Below are positions 54,205 through 62,155 of a stretch of DNA of 64,000 bases, one piece after another; positions within the stretch are counted from its first letter, which is position 1, and each line of letters begins with the position of its first letter. Below the pieces are notes generated by a model. It did not search any database. It was not told where the DNA came from and worked only from the letters and a program-made list of their open reading frames with translations. The stretch comes from Candidatus Apopatosoma intestinale (GTDB taxonomy: Bacteria > Bacillota > Clostridia > Oscillospirales > CAG-272). The position numbers were made by a program, and so were the translations under genes. Location of the stretch: assembly GCA_003524145.1 (NCBI GenBank), contig DODZ01000035.1, positions 66,369 to 130,368 on the forward strand, read 5' to 3'.

Positions 54205-55263
54205 TTATTTCAGAAATTCTTTTACTTTTTCGCCTATGGCTTTTGCCATATAGAAGTAGCCCATGCCGTTCGGATGGCAATTATCGGCGGTGCATTCCTC
54301 GCGTATATCCGGCGGGAATATCGCCGCGCCGTCCACGAGACGGATGTTTTTATCGCCCTCGGCAAGCGCACGGCTGTAATTATCAAAAATCAGTCGGCGC
54401 CGCGGCTCGTTGCCCGCGACATCGGGCCTGTAATCAACCTTTGTGGCAAAAATTATCGGCAGGTCGGGTTGTGCCTCGCGTATGCGCTTATAGCCTGCAT
54501 AATGCGTCTTTTCGAGATGCTCGAAAGTCGGCGCATTGTGGTCATAGTCATAGACAAGCACGCTCATATCAAGCCCCGCGATATAATTTATCATGGCGTC
54601 CTCGCCTCTTGCCGCGCCGGCGAACCCGAGGCTGACAAAATCGCAATCGAGCATTCTCGACACCACGGCGGGATATGCACCGCTTGCAAGCGTTGCGCCC
54701 ACACCGTGCACTATGGAAGAACCATAGAAAACGACGGGCTTCTTGTATTTATAATCATCGGGAGGGAGGATTTCCGAGCCCTCGCGCAGAGCGATATAAA
54801 GCCTGTCTATCTTTGCAAAAAGAGGAAGATAGAGCGTTATTTCTTTCATGCCCGGCTTGAGGCGCACGCGCCCCTCGGCAAAACCCGTGCAGTCGCCGCC
54901 CTGATATGTGAAGAAAATTCCGCCGAATTTCTGAACGCCGCCTTCCTTCACATAGAAATTGAAGCCGTGCTTTGCAAGCATGGAAGACTGCGGCTGACCG
55001 AATGTATCGGCGGCTGTGATATTTGCCTGCACGATGATATAGTCCGAATCTGTTTTGAAGCGGATTCTTCCGCCTGCCGTCATGGCGCCGAGATTTTCGA
55101 GATCACGGCTCGTATTTTTAGCCACATCTTCCGGTACGCGCCTGTACGGCTCGCACAGTCCGTGCATAGAAAACGGTGCTTTCGCCGCATCGAGATACAC
55201 GGGATTGCCGACGGTCATAGTCTGTCTTTCCGGCTTGAGACCGATATTTTTTGTTACAATCAT
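54205..55263 (-). CDS. SGNH/GDSL hydrolase family esterase with N-terminal beta-sandwich domain
   Basis: 352 aa. The nucleophile block is FYGSSIVHG and the C-terminal D-x-x-H is DNCHPNGMGY. RBS GAGGA lies inside the end of the upstream gene. Confidence 0.8.
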   Translation of the reverse strand: MIVTKNIGLKPERQTMTVGNPVYLDAAKAPFSMHGLCEPYRRVPEDVAKNTSRDLENLGAMTAGGRIRFKTDSDYIIVQANITAADTFGQPQSSMLAKHGFNFYVKEGGVQKFGGIFFTYQGGDCTGFAEGRVRLKPGMKEITLYLPLFAKIDRLYIALREGSEILPPDDYKYKKPVVFYGSSIVHGVGATLASGAYPAVVSRMLDCDFVSLGFAGAARGEDAMINYIAGLDMSVLVYDYDHNAPTFEHLEKTHYAGYKRIREAQPDLPIIFATKVDYRPDVAGNEPRRRLIFDNYSRALAEGDKNIRLVDGAAIFPPDIREECTADNCHPNGMGYFYMAKAIGEKVKEFLK

Positions 55264-55266
55264 TTT

Positions 55267-56622
55267 TTATTCCTCAAAAATTCGTATGCTCTTTATCAAC
55301 GGAACATCGCGTGAGCCTGTGATATAAATTCGTATGCTGTCCGTTTCTTTGCCGATGCGGCATATCTTCTTGTGACCTATTGTCGTATCATCGGCAAAAC
55401 GGAAGAAAACATTTTTGATATTCTTTGCGGAGAGAGAGAAGCTTGAGATGCGCTGACCGTATGCAATATCCTCGCAAAGCTCGATATATGAGATTTTCTT
55501 CACGCCGTCAAAGGTTATATCATAATATTTCTGTGTCTCGGAGGTCGGAACCTCCTTGACATCGGCTTTCGGAAAGAGATCTTTTTCATCGGAAAATGTT
55601 GTTTTTATCCAGTTTCCGAATTCGAGCAGGCGCGCGACATCGTTTTCGTCAAATTTACCGTTCGGCATCGGCGGAATATTCAGATTCAGGCAGGTATTAT
55701 TGCCGACGGAATTGAGATAAACCTGCTTCAGATGTTCAAGAGAATGAGCACACTCCAATGGATGATAGAACCAGCCCGGACGGATTGAGGTATCGACCTC
55801 GGCGGGCGCAAAAACGGGCTTGCGCGAATAAATCATGGATTCGAAATCGCCTATCGTGCCGTAGGTATTGAAAATATACTGCATTGTCCCGGGTACGGGA
55901 GAAGCTGTCTGCGGTGCCGCCTGAAGCCTGTGGCAAAGTTCATAGGGAACAACCGCCCATTCCGCATGGCGGCGGGAACCGCTTTCGTTTCCTATCCATC
56001 GCACATCGGGGCTGTGATCGTTGTATATGACGGCGTTCGGCTGATATTTGCGGATAAGCTCGAAATATCCGTCGAAATCGTACTCCTGACGCTTGCCGGT
56101 CGCTGTTTCGCCGTTTGCCTCGTCAAACCAGACCTCGAAAACCTCGCCGTAGCCTGTCAGTAGCTCTGTCAGCTGTGCCTTGAAGAAATCATTGTATTTA
56201 TCCGTGCCGTAGTACTCTGAATTTCTGTCCCACGGCGAGAGGTAAAAGCCGAATTTTATTCCGACCTTGCGGCAGGCATCGGAAAGCTCACGCACAATAT
56301 CGCCCTTGCCGTTTTTGTAAGGGGAATTTTTTATGGAATGCTCGGTGGTTTTTGTCTGCCAGAGGCAGAAACCGTCGTGATGCTTGGCGGTGATGATGGC
56401 ACCTTTGAGTCCTGCCGCCTTGATGGCGCGTGCCCAACCCTCGCAGTCAAGCTCCGTGGGATTGAATATGGCGGGGTCTTCCGTGCCGTCGCCCCATTCT
56501 TTTCCCGTGTATGTATTCGGGCTGAAATGGATGAATGCGTACATTTCCATATCAAACCAGCGCAGTTGGTTTTCATTCGGGCGTACATTACCCAGCTGTT
56601 TCATGTATTCCTTGATTTCCAT
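55267..56622 (-). CDS. Alpha-L-fucosidase (GH29)
   Basis: Start set to ATG at 56622 (MEIKEYMKQ), preceded by GGAGGA. The ORF-track start is a TTG nine codons upstream. Contains GAIITAKHHDGFCLWQTKTT, FGFYLSPWDR and VWFDEANG, with a C-terminal F5/8-like domain. Confidence 0.9.
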   Translation of the reverse strand: MEIKEYMKQLGNVRPNENQLRWFDMEMYAFIHFSPNTYTGKEWGDGTEDPAIFNPTELDCEGWARAIKAAGLKGAIITAKHHDGFCLWQTKTTEHSIKNSPYKNGKGDIVRELSDACRKVGIKFGFYLSPWDRNSEYYGTDKYNDFFKAQLTELLTGYGEVFEVWFDEANGETATGKRQEYDFDGYFELIRKYQPNAVIYNDHSPDVRWIGNESGSRRHAEWAVVPYELCHRLQAAPQTASPVPGTMQYIFNTYGTIGDFESMIYSRKPVFAPAEVDTSIRPGWFYHPLECAHSLEHLKQVYLNSVGNNTCLNLNIPPMPNGKFDENDVARLLEFGNWIKTTFSDEKDLFPKADVKEVPTSETQKYYDITFDGVKKISYIELCEDIAYGQRISSFSLSAKNIKNVFFRFADDTTIGHKKICRIGKETDSIRIYITGSRDVPLIKSIRIFEE

Positions 56623-56766
56623 TTGTTCCTCCGAGAGAGAATTTTGCAAAACATGCGAGATAAATATACCATAAAAAAGGGCTATTTGTCAATAGCTATT
56701 GTCATATTGCTGTATAAATCTGTTATCATTCCGCGGCGAAAAAATTGCCGTATCGGAAAAAGGCTA

Positions 56767-56795
56767 TTGTCAAAGCAAAATCACTGTGGTATAAT
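56767..56795 (+). promoter_or_regulatory. Sigma-A promoter with extended -10
   Basis: TTGTCA (56767-56772), 17 nt, TGgTATAAT (TATAAT at 56790-56795). Confidence 0.5.
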
Positions 56796-56837
56796 AAAAA
56801 TGATAACTATTGTTGCTCTGACGGGAGGGAGGCAGAT

Positions 56838-56990
56838 ATGGAATTTTTTGCCGAATTTTTACTGGAAATATATATGCAGCTGATGTTTCTCGTCGTACCG
56901 AAGAAAAAGAGAGGCAACAAAAAATATAGAGTAATCGCAACGCTTATTGCAATTGCGGTTTTGCTTGGCGTAATGGCGCTTGCACTATGA
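56838..56990 (+). CDS. Hypothetical 50-aa membrane peptide
   Basis: ATG at 56838 is preceded by GGGAGGGAGG. The sequence is MEFFAEFLLEIYMQLMFLVVPKKKRGNKKYRVIATLIAIAVLLGVMALAL, giving two hydrophobic segments with a basic loop. The ORF-track version starts earlier without an RBS. Confidence 0.5.
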   Translation: MEFFAEFLLEIYMQLMFLVVPKKKRGNKKYRVIATLIAIAVLLGVMALAL

Positions 56991-57135
56991 GGCGCTATAC
57001 TCATTTCGAAATATAAAAATCCCCTCGGCATCATTCCCATCGCGGTAGCGGCTGTTATTTCTCTCTCAGATTCTTGCCGGATTTGTATTGTACGATAAAA
57101 ACCATTGATAAAAACGGCATATCAAAGAATTACAG

Positions 57136-57176
57136 AATCCCTCTTTTCGTGTGCACAGCACCCGAAAAGAGGGATT
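57136..57176. terminator. Bidirectional terminator (14-bp stem)
   Basis: AATCCCTCTTTTCG-13 nt loop-CGAAAAGAGGGATT followed by TATTTG. Lies between convergent genes. Confidence 0.7.
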
Positions 57177-57196
57177 TATTTGTATCGGTATTTCCG

Positions 57197-58081
57197 TTAT
57201 TTGAATTCATCCTCGTGCGAGCGGAAAAAGTCGCGGTAGACACGGACATTCGGAAGCTCTGTCCAACGCTTATCGCAAACGGGATGGGCGTCAAGGTCGT
57301 ATATTTTCGCGCCTTTCATCGAGAGGATGAAAGGGCTGTGCGTCGCGATGATGAACTGACAGCCGTAAAACCGCGCAGAATCCTCGAGAAACCGCGCAAG
57401 CTCAAGCTGATATTCGGCAGAAAGGCTGTTTTCCGGCTCGTCGAGAAGATAGAGCGCATCTTCCTTTATCTCGCTTGTAAAATAGCGGAATGCGCTTTCC
57501 CCGTTGGATTTTTCGGTCACATTCTGCGGCAGGCGGCGCTTGGCATACTTGTTTTTCGTCGTGTGACGCGCTTCGTTGTGGCGGCGAAGCTCATCGTATT
57601 CCGATAAATCGCGCATGAGAAAGGGCGGCTCATTCGGGTCGTTCAGCTTTTCGTATTCGCTGAAAATCTCCTCGCGGCGCCTGTCCACGCCGTCGTTTAT
57701 CGCGCGCATGTCGAGCAGAAAATCGAAAACCTCGTCGCTTGTTATGATGCGGCTTTCGCTCGGCAGGTAGCTGCGCGTCAGCCCATATCTGCAGTATGAG
57801 AGATACTCCTCAAAATAAGGCGTGCGGTTGAATGGCGCCTTGCGGATAAGTCCCAGTTTTTCCGCCACGATATTGAGAAATGTCGATTTTCCCGAGCCGT
57901 TTCCGCCGTAAAAAACGGTTATCGGCGCAAATTCCGCATGGGAGAAATATTTTTCGGGGAAAATCTTGAAAGGGTAAACGCTTTCGGCAAAGCAGGTCAT
58001 TTCCACCTTATAATTAAAGGAAAGCACATATTCCGCTTCGTCGCGCTCGGAGGCGGGGTCGAAATATTCGAGATATGTCAT
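57197..58081 (-). CDS. Orphan ABC/SMC-type P-loop ATPase (AAA_21/COG3910-like), no TM or effector domain
   Basis: Start set to ATG at 58081 (MTYLEYF), which overlaps the repressor stop (ATGA). Walker A is FYGGNGSGKST, Walker B/D-loop is LYLLDEPENSLS and H-loop is IATHSPF. A charged insertion separates the two halves. Confidence 0.85.
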   Translation of the reverse strand: MTYLEYFDPASERDEAEYVLSFNYKVEMTCFAESVYPFKIFPEKYFSHAEFAPITVFYGGNGSGKSTFLNIVAEKLGLIRKAPFNRTPYFEEYLSYCRYGLTRSYLPSESRIITSDEVFDFLLDMRAINDGVDRRREEIFSEYEKLNDPNEPPFLMRDLSEYDELRRHNEARHTTKNKYAKRRLPQNVTEKSNGESAFRYFTSEIKEDALYLLDEPENSLSAEYQLELARFLEDSARFYGCQFIIATHSPFILSMKGAKIYDLDAHPVCDKRWTELPNVRVYRDFFRSHEDEFK

Positions 58082-58827
58082 CTTTTCAGCTTGCCGATGA
58101 CCTTGCCGAAGCATGTGACGCTCACGGCAGTGTCGAGCGGAATGTCGCTGTAGTCGGGATTGAGTGAGATGAGCCTGTTCCCGCCGTACTGCTTGAAGTA
58201 GCTTTCGCCGTCCACGGCGAAAATTCCGAGCTCGCCTATTTCGATATTCTTTCGGTCGGAAACGAGGAGGATATCTCCGTCGCTGTATTTGGGCATCATG
58301 CTGTTTCCGCGAACCTTAATCGCGAAATCCGCCATGTCTGTTGTCGGGCTGCTGTATACGGAAATATTAGTATAGTCGCTGTCGGCAAGGTAGGAGCCGG
58401 TGCCGGCGGAGGCGGCTGTGGAATAGAGGCGGAGAGTACGTATTTTTCGCGCCGCCTTGATGATGTCGTCTTTCTGCGGCTCGGAATCGCGCTTCGCCGA
58501 GGCTTCCTTTGCCTTTTGCAGGCGGCTGTATTCCTTATTTATAATATAGTCGGCGGTCTCCTTGCCGCTCGCGTCAAGCTCGGAATATTTGCGCATGATG
58601 TCCGGCAGGGAAGCGCCGCCGCTGTATGAAGAGGTGCCGAGAAGCTCGTCCAGCGTGCAGGAGAAGGCACCCGAAAGCGCTGTCAGTGTAGAGAGCTTGG
58701 GATCGTTCGTTGCGCCCGAAAGCAACTTGTTGAGAGTGCCGAGAGATATTCCCGAGAGCTCAGAGAGACTTTCATTCGTGAGTTTTCTTTCCTTTTTTAT
58801 TTTCTTTATGCTCTCAAGCCATTCCAT
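58078..58827 (-). CDS. XRE-family HTH repressor fused to S24 LexA/CI-type self-cleaving peptidase domain
   Basis: Start set to ATG at 58827 (MEWLESIKKIKK), preceded by GGAGG with an 8-nt spacer. The HTH is LTNESLSELSGISLGTLNKLLSG. The linker contains Ala-Gly (AASAGTG). The S24 core is VRGNSMMPKYSDGDILLV...FKQY. Confidence 0.85.
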   Translation of the reverse strand: MEWLESIKKIKKERKLTNESLSELSGISLGTLNKLLSGATNDPKLSTLTALSGAFSCTLDELLGTSSYSGGASLPDIMRKYSELDASGKETADYIINKEYSRLQKAKEASAKRDSEPQKDDIIKAARKIRTLRLYSTAASAGTGSYLADSDYTNISVYSSPTTDMADFAIKVRGNSMMPKYSDGDILLVSDRKNIEIGELGIFAVDGESYFKQYGGNRLISLNPDYSDIPLDTAVSVTCFGKVIGKLKR

Positions 58828-58992
58828 ATCAAAAACCTCCGATTTTATTATAAATAGAAATATTCCGCTTGTCTGCTTCATAATTATATTATTGCAAATG
58901 TATTCTATCACAAAATTTCGGTTTTGTAAAGAGGTTTTTGAAAATAATTTATATTCAGCGGTAAAAATTTTGAAGAAAATTATAAAAAACTA

Positions 58993-59021
58993 TTGACAAA
59001 ACGCGAAATGAGTAGTATAAT
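58993..59021 (+). promoter_or_regulatory. Consensus sigma-A promoter for the divergent 103-aa ORF
   Basis: TTGACA (58993-58998), exactly 17 nt, TATAAT (59016-59021). Confidence 0.55.
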
Positions 59022-59082
59022 CAAATTACAAATTATATTTGACGGTAATTTTTATACATAAATATAAACTCGGAGGGCAAAA

Positions 59083-59394
59083 ATGATTACTGAAAGCGGA
59101 TTTGAAATAATTGGCGGTTGCAAGGTGTACGAATATGAGGTTGCCTGCCCGAATTATACGCGGGCAAAAAAAGCAGGCGGCTTTTTTGCCGCAGTGCTCG
59201 CGCTCTTTTCCGCGTTTTTTGCTTTTCTCGGAAATGTGCTTTGCACATTCGCCGCAGGCGCGGCGGGCGGTAAAAAGACGCGATCCGCCGCAGGTAAGAA
59301 GAAGCTTGCGCATGTATTTGCGGGATTCGGAATCTTCGTTCTGTGCGCCGCCTGCACTCTTGCCGGAGTCGGTCTTGCCGCTCTGCTGATGTGA
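59083..59394 (+). CDS. Hypothetical small membrane protein (103 aa, two TM segments, Lys-rich loop; holin-like topology)
   Basis: RBS GGAGGG lies 6 nt upstream of the ATG. Hydrophobic segments are FFAAVLALFSAFFAFLGNVLCTFAA and VFAGFGIFVLCAACTLAGVGLAALL, separated by GGKKTRSAAGKKK. Other frames here are also open because of GC bias. This frame was chosen for its RBS, promoter and hydrophobicity. Confidence 0.6.
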   Translation: MITESGFEIIGGCKVYEYEVACPNYTRAKKAGGFFAAVLALFSAFFAFLGNVLCTFAAGAAGGKKTRSAAGKKKLAHVFAGFGIFVLCAACTLAGVGLAALLM

Positions 59395-59522
59395 CTGAAG
59401 CTTCGGTATGCCCGAAGCGGAAAATAAAATCCAAGTCAAAAATGAGGACTTTGCTTTAAATCGCAGATTGATACTTCATATATAATATCATCTGACGAAA
59501 TAATCTCCCCCCTGATGTAAAT

Positions 59523-59550
59523 CCCCTGCCGAAGCAGTTATCGGCAGGGG
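59523..59550 (-). terminator. Hairpin downstream of the NUDIX-glycosylase gene
   Basis: CCCCTGCCGA-8 nt-TCGGCAGGGG gives a 10-bp stem. On the minus strand it is followed by ATTTAC, a weak U-tract. Confidence 0.45.
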
Positions 59551-59591
59551 ACGTGGCAGGCAACGAAAAAAATGCAATAGGATATGATAAT

Positions 59592-60491
59592 CTATTTCAG
59601 GATAATCTTCCATTCCGCAGTCAGCTTCTCGAGCGAAGCCGAGGCGTTTGCGGGGCTTGTAGACGGGAGCTTCACGGCTCGTATGCCCGTTTTTTGCAGG
59701 AGAAGTTTGTCATAGAGGCGCGAGGCGGTGCCGCCGTTTGCAAAAATGTGCGTGATTTTGCTTTTCGCCAGTATTTCCGAGAGGTCATTAGGTGCGGCGT
59801 GCTTTATCGAGCTGTCGGAGGAGCCACTTATTTCGCACGAGGCTATGACATCCCAGAGAGCAATTCCGTGGCGCAGGAGCATAGCGCGCTTTTCGTCGAT
59901 GCTTTCGGGGATATTTTCACAGAGTATCGCGGCAAGCACGCGCCAGAATCGGTTTTGCGGATGCGCATAGTAAAATCCCGCTTCGCGCGATTTTACCGAT
60001 GGAAAGCTGCCGAGAATAAGAACGCGCGAATTTTTATCCCATACGGGCGCGATATTATGCACGAAATGTTCGCTTGCCGGACAGACGGCACCGCTTGCGA
60101 TAAGACGCGCGTAGTTTACCATGAGATAGATATTGCCTGCGCCCGCAAAGCGGGAAGTATCCGAGAAATCCGAATCCGCAGGAATCCATTCGAGCCTGTT
60201 TTCTTTCCCGAAAACGGGCTTTTCGTTTTTCAGCGTGCCGCTCCAGAATTCAAGGAGCAGATCTTCTTCGCAATATGTGAGGTCGATGAGATGGGAGATG
60301 CTTATATCTTCGCGGCTTACGGCGGTTTCCTCAAAAAGCTCGCGATATGCCGCCGCTTCGCTTTCTTCACCTTCTTCAATGCTGCCGCCGACGAAATTAA
60401 GCTTGCCCTTATGCGGTGCTTTTTTTCGCAGGCACATGAGTATTTTGCTTCTGTCGGGTGAAAAGACGAGTATCAGATTGTATTTTTTCAT
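59592..60491 (-). CDS. Fusion protein: N-terminal NUDIX hydrolase + C-terminal hypoxanthine/deoxyinosine DNA glycosylase (UDG superfamily)
   Basis: 299 aa. The Nudix box is GGSIEEGEESEAAAYRELFEETAV. The C-terminal half reads VLILGSFPSVKSREAGFYYAHPQNRFWRVL...LPSTSPANA, typical of the TIGR04274-type glycosylase. Confidence 0.8.
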   Translation of the reverse strand: MKKYNLILVFSPDRSKILMCLRKKAPHKGKLNFVGGSIEEGEESEAAAYRELFEETAVSREDISISHLIDLTYCEEDLLLEFWSGTLKNEKPVFGKENRLEWIPADSDFSDTSRFAGAGNIYLMVNYARLIASGAVCPASEHFVHNIAPVWDKNSRVLILGSFPSVKSREAGFYYAHPQNRFWRVLAAILCENIPESIDEKRAMLLRHGIALWDVIASCEISGSSDSSIKHAAPNDLSEILAKSKITHIFANGGTASRLYDKLLLQKTGIRAVKLPSTSPANASASLEKLTAEWKIILK

Positions 60492-60497
60492 ATGCGC

Positions 60498-61280
60498 TCA
60501 CTTCCCGTGTCTTCTGTATTCGCCTGTGGTGATGCCTGCGATTTTACGGAATTGGCGGCAAAAATATGCGCAATCGTAGAAGCCGAGCAGACTCGAAATA
60601 TGTTCTATCGTATAGTCCGAGGTATCAAGCAGTAGCTTTGCCTTGCTTATTTTCGCTTTCATCAGATACTCGGAAAACGAGATTCCGACGGTGGCAGAGA
60701 AGAGCCTGCCGAAATAATCGGCACTGTAACCGTAGATTTTTGCCGTTTGCGAGAGCGAACCTATGCTCTCCGGCGCGAAATCCATCTGTTCCGTAAGCTT
60801 TTTTATCATGGCGTCATGTGGGGCTTCGATTATCGGTGCGGGCGTTTTCGGCGAGCCGCCGAAAAACTCTGTCAGAGCGCAGTGAAGAAATTCCGCCGCA
60901 CTTTCGTTTTCGCCTTTATTGTAATAAAAGATGACGCGACGTAGCAGGCGTGAATAAAATTCTGTATCGGGGATAGTTTTGCAGACGGTTTTCTTCGGGA
61001 AAACCGCCATGTTTCTCGGCGAAAAATGAACATTCAGCGCGAGCAGACGGTCGTTTACATCGTGCGAGGCATTGTACTGCGTATTCGGGCAGAGCAGAAA
61101 GCTCTTTCCCGCGGTTATCTCCATCGGTTCGCCGCCGCAGATTATTGTGCCCTTGCCGCGGAGCACTGTCCACAGGTCATAATCGGGAAAACCCACCGTA
61201 TTCCAGCTCCAGTCCGCAGGGCAATCCGATATGCCGCAGGAATTTATTCTGATATCAAGTTCATGAAGTGCTTCTTCCAT
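60498..61280 (-). CDS. AraC family transcriptional regulator (cupin sensor + HTH)
   Basis: Start preferred at ATG 61280 (MEEALHEL), preceded by GGAGGA. The ORF-track ATG at 61334 has no RBS. The C-terminal AraC HTH is SLSQTAKIYGYSADYFGRLF...IEHISSLLGFYDCAYFCRQFRK. Confidence 0.85.
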   Translation of the reverse strand: MEEALHELDIRINSCGISDCPADWSWNTVGFPDYDLWTVLRGKGTIICGGEPMEITAGKSFLLCPNTQYNASHDVNDRLLALNVHFSPRNMAVFPKKTVCKTIPDTEFYSRLLRRVIFYYNKGENESAAEFLHCALTEFFGGSPKTPAPIIEAPHDAMIKKLTEQMDFAPESIGSLSQTAKIYGYSADYFGRLFSATVGISFSEYLMKAKISKAKLLLDTSDYTIEHISSLLGFYDCAYFCRQFRKIAGITTGEYRRHGK

Positions 61281-61449
61281 AGCATCCTCCGAAAAAAGTT
61301 TCTCATGTCGTAATAATACAATGATTTTTTGCATAAGTCAATAGACAAATCGGCTTTTTTATGATAAAATAAATATCACAGAGATTTTTTTGAAAAATTG
61401 CAAATCTGCCGTCGCACCGTGCGACTATATATAAAAACGGGAGGTAGAT

Positions 61450-62004
61450 ATGAATGTTTTTTGGTTTGTTGCCGCGGCTGTCGCGCTCGGCGTGATGATT
61501 TTTTACGGGAGAATTTTATTTAAGCGGGTTTTGTTTTCGGCTCGGCTGAAAAAAGCCTGCCGTGCAGGGAAATACGGCTTTTTGCCGACCCATGCATTCT
61601 GGCTTCTCGGGTGGACGCGGGGCAAAAAATGCGATTTTTACATCGAAAAGCCGGAGGGCATCTATGCCGTGAAACTCATCGGCGCATTGTCGCGCACAGC
61701 GCTTTTCAATTACATCAACGAGTGGCATTATGCCGTGCGCGATCTGACTTTTCATACGCGCTATGTTTCCATGGGCATACCGTATAAGGCAAAAAGCAAA
61801 AGCAGATACGATTTTATCGGCGCTTTGCCGGAGGCTATGCGGGGAAAAGAAATAATTCACGCGATAGTGATGGTTCCCGTTTCGTGCTTTGTCACCTGCT
61901 CGCACGACGGCGAAATGAAGCCGATTTCCGACGGGGATAAGATAGCCGAGGGGACTTTTTATACAGGCTCGGGCTTTATAAATGATGTTCTCCTTAAAAA
62001 ATGA
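61450..62004 (+). CDS. Hypothetical membrane-anchored protein, possible NERD/PD-(D/E)xK-like core
   Basis: 184 aa. RBS GGGAGG is present. Has an N-terminal TM segment. The motif CDFYIEKPEGIYAVKLIG resembles the NERD D...E-x-K block. The family assignment is weak. Confidence 0.55.
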   Translation: MNVFWFVAAAVALGVMIFYGRILFKRVLFSARLKKACRAGKYGFLPTHAFWLLGWTRGKKCDFYIEKPEGIYAVKLIGALSRTALFNYINEWHYAVRDLTFHTRYVSMGIPYKAKSKSRYDFIGALPEAMRGKEIIHAIVMVPVSCFVTCSHDGEMKPISDGDKIAEGTFYTGSGFINDVLLKK

Positions 62005-62108
62005 TAAAAACCTGAATTTTTTCATGAAAACGCCAACCTTTTGATTTTTTTCGCCACTATAACAGCACAACTGATAATGTTTGCGGACAAACTGCCGCAG
62101 TAAAAAGA

Positions 62109-62143
62109 GAACAAGACCAGCGGTCCCCTCCGTCGGTCTTGTT
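62109..62143. terminator. Bidirectional terminator
   Basis: GAACAAGACC...GGTCTTGTT stem, followed by ATTTTAT on the plus strand and CTCTTTTT on the minus strand. Confidence 0.55.
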
Positions 62144-62155
62144 ATTTTATCTCGT

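Noticed and set aside
54274-55314. 346-aa plus-strand ORF antisense to the SGNH esterase
   Set aside because: Shadow ORF. The sense strand shows the GDSL-type Ser block and DxxH.
59026-59439. Alternative frames (137 aa and 115 aa on the minus strand, 92 aa on the plus strand) overlapping the 103-aa membrane ORF
   Set aside because: All frames are open in this short GC-rich patch. Only the 59083-59394 plus frame has an RBS, a consensus promoter and coherent TM helices.
56650-59591. Interpretation of the XRE-S24 region as a prophage or integrated element
   Set aside because: No integrase, terminase, capsid or tail-like ORFs are present, and I could find no flanking direct repeats. The region is only 2.9 kb and is bounded by ordinary metabolic genes. 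I kept it as a stand-alone module finding instead.
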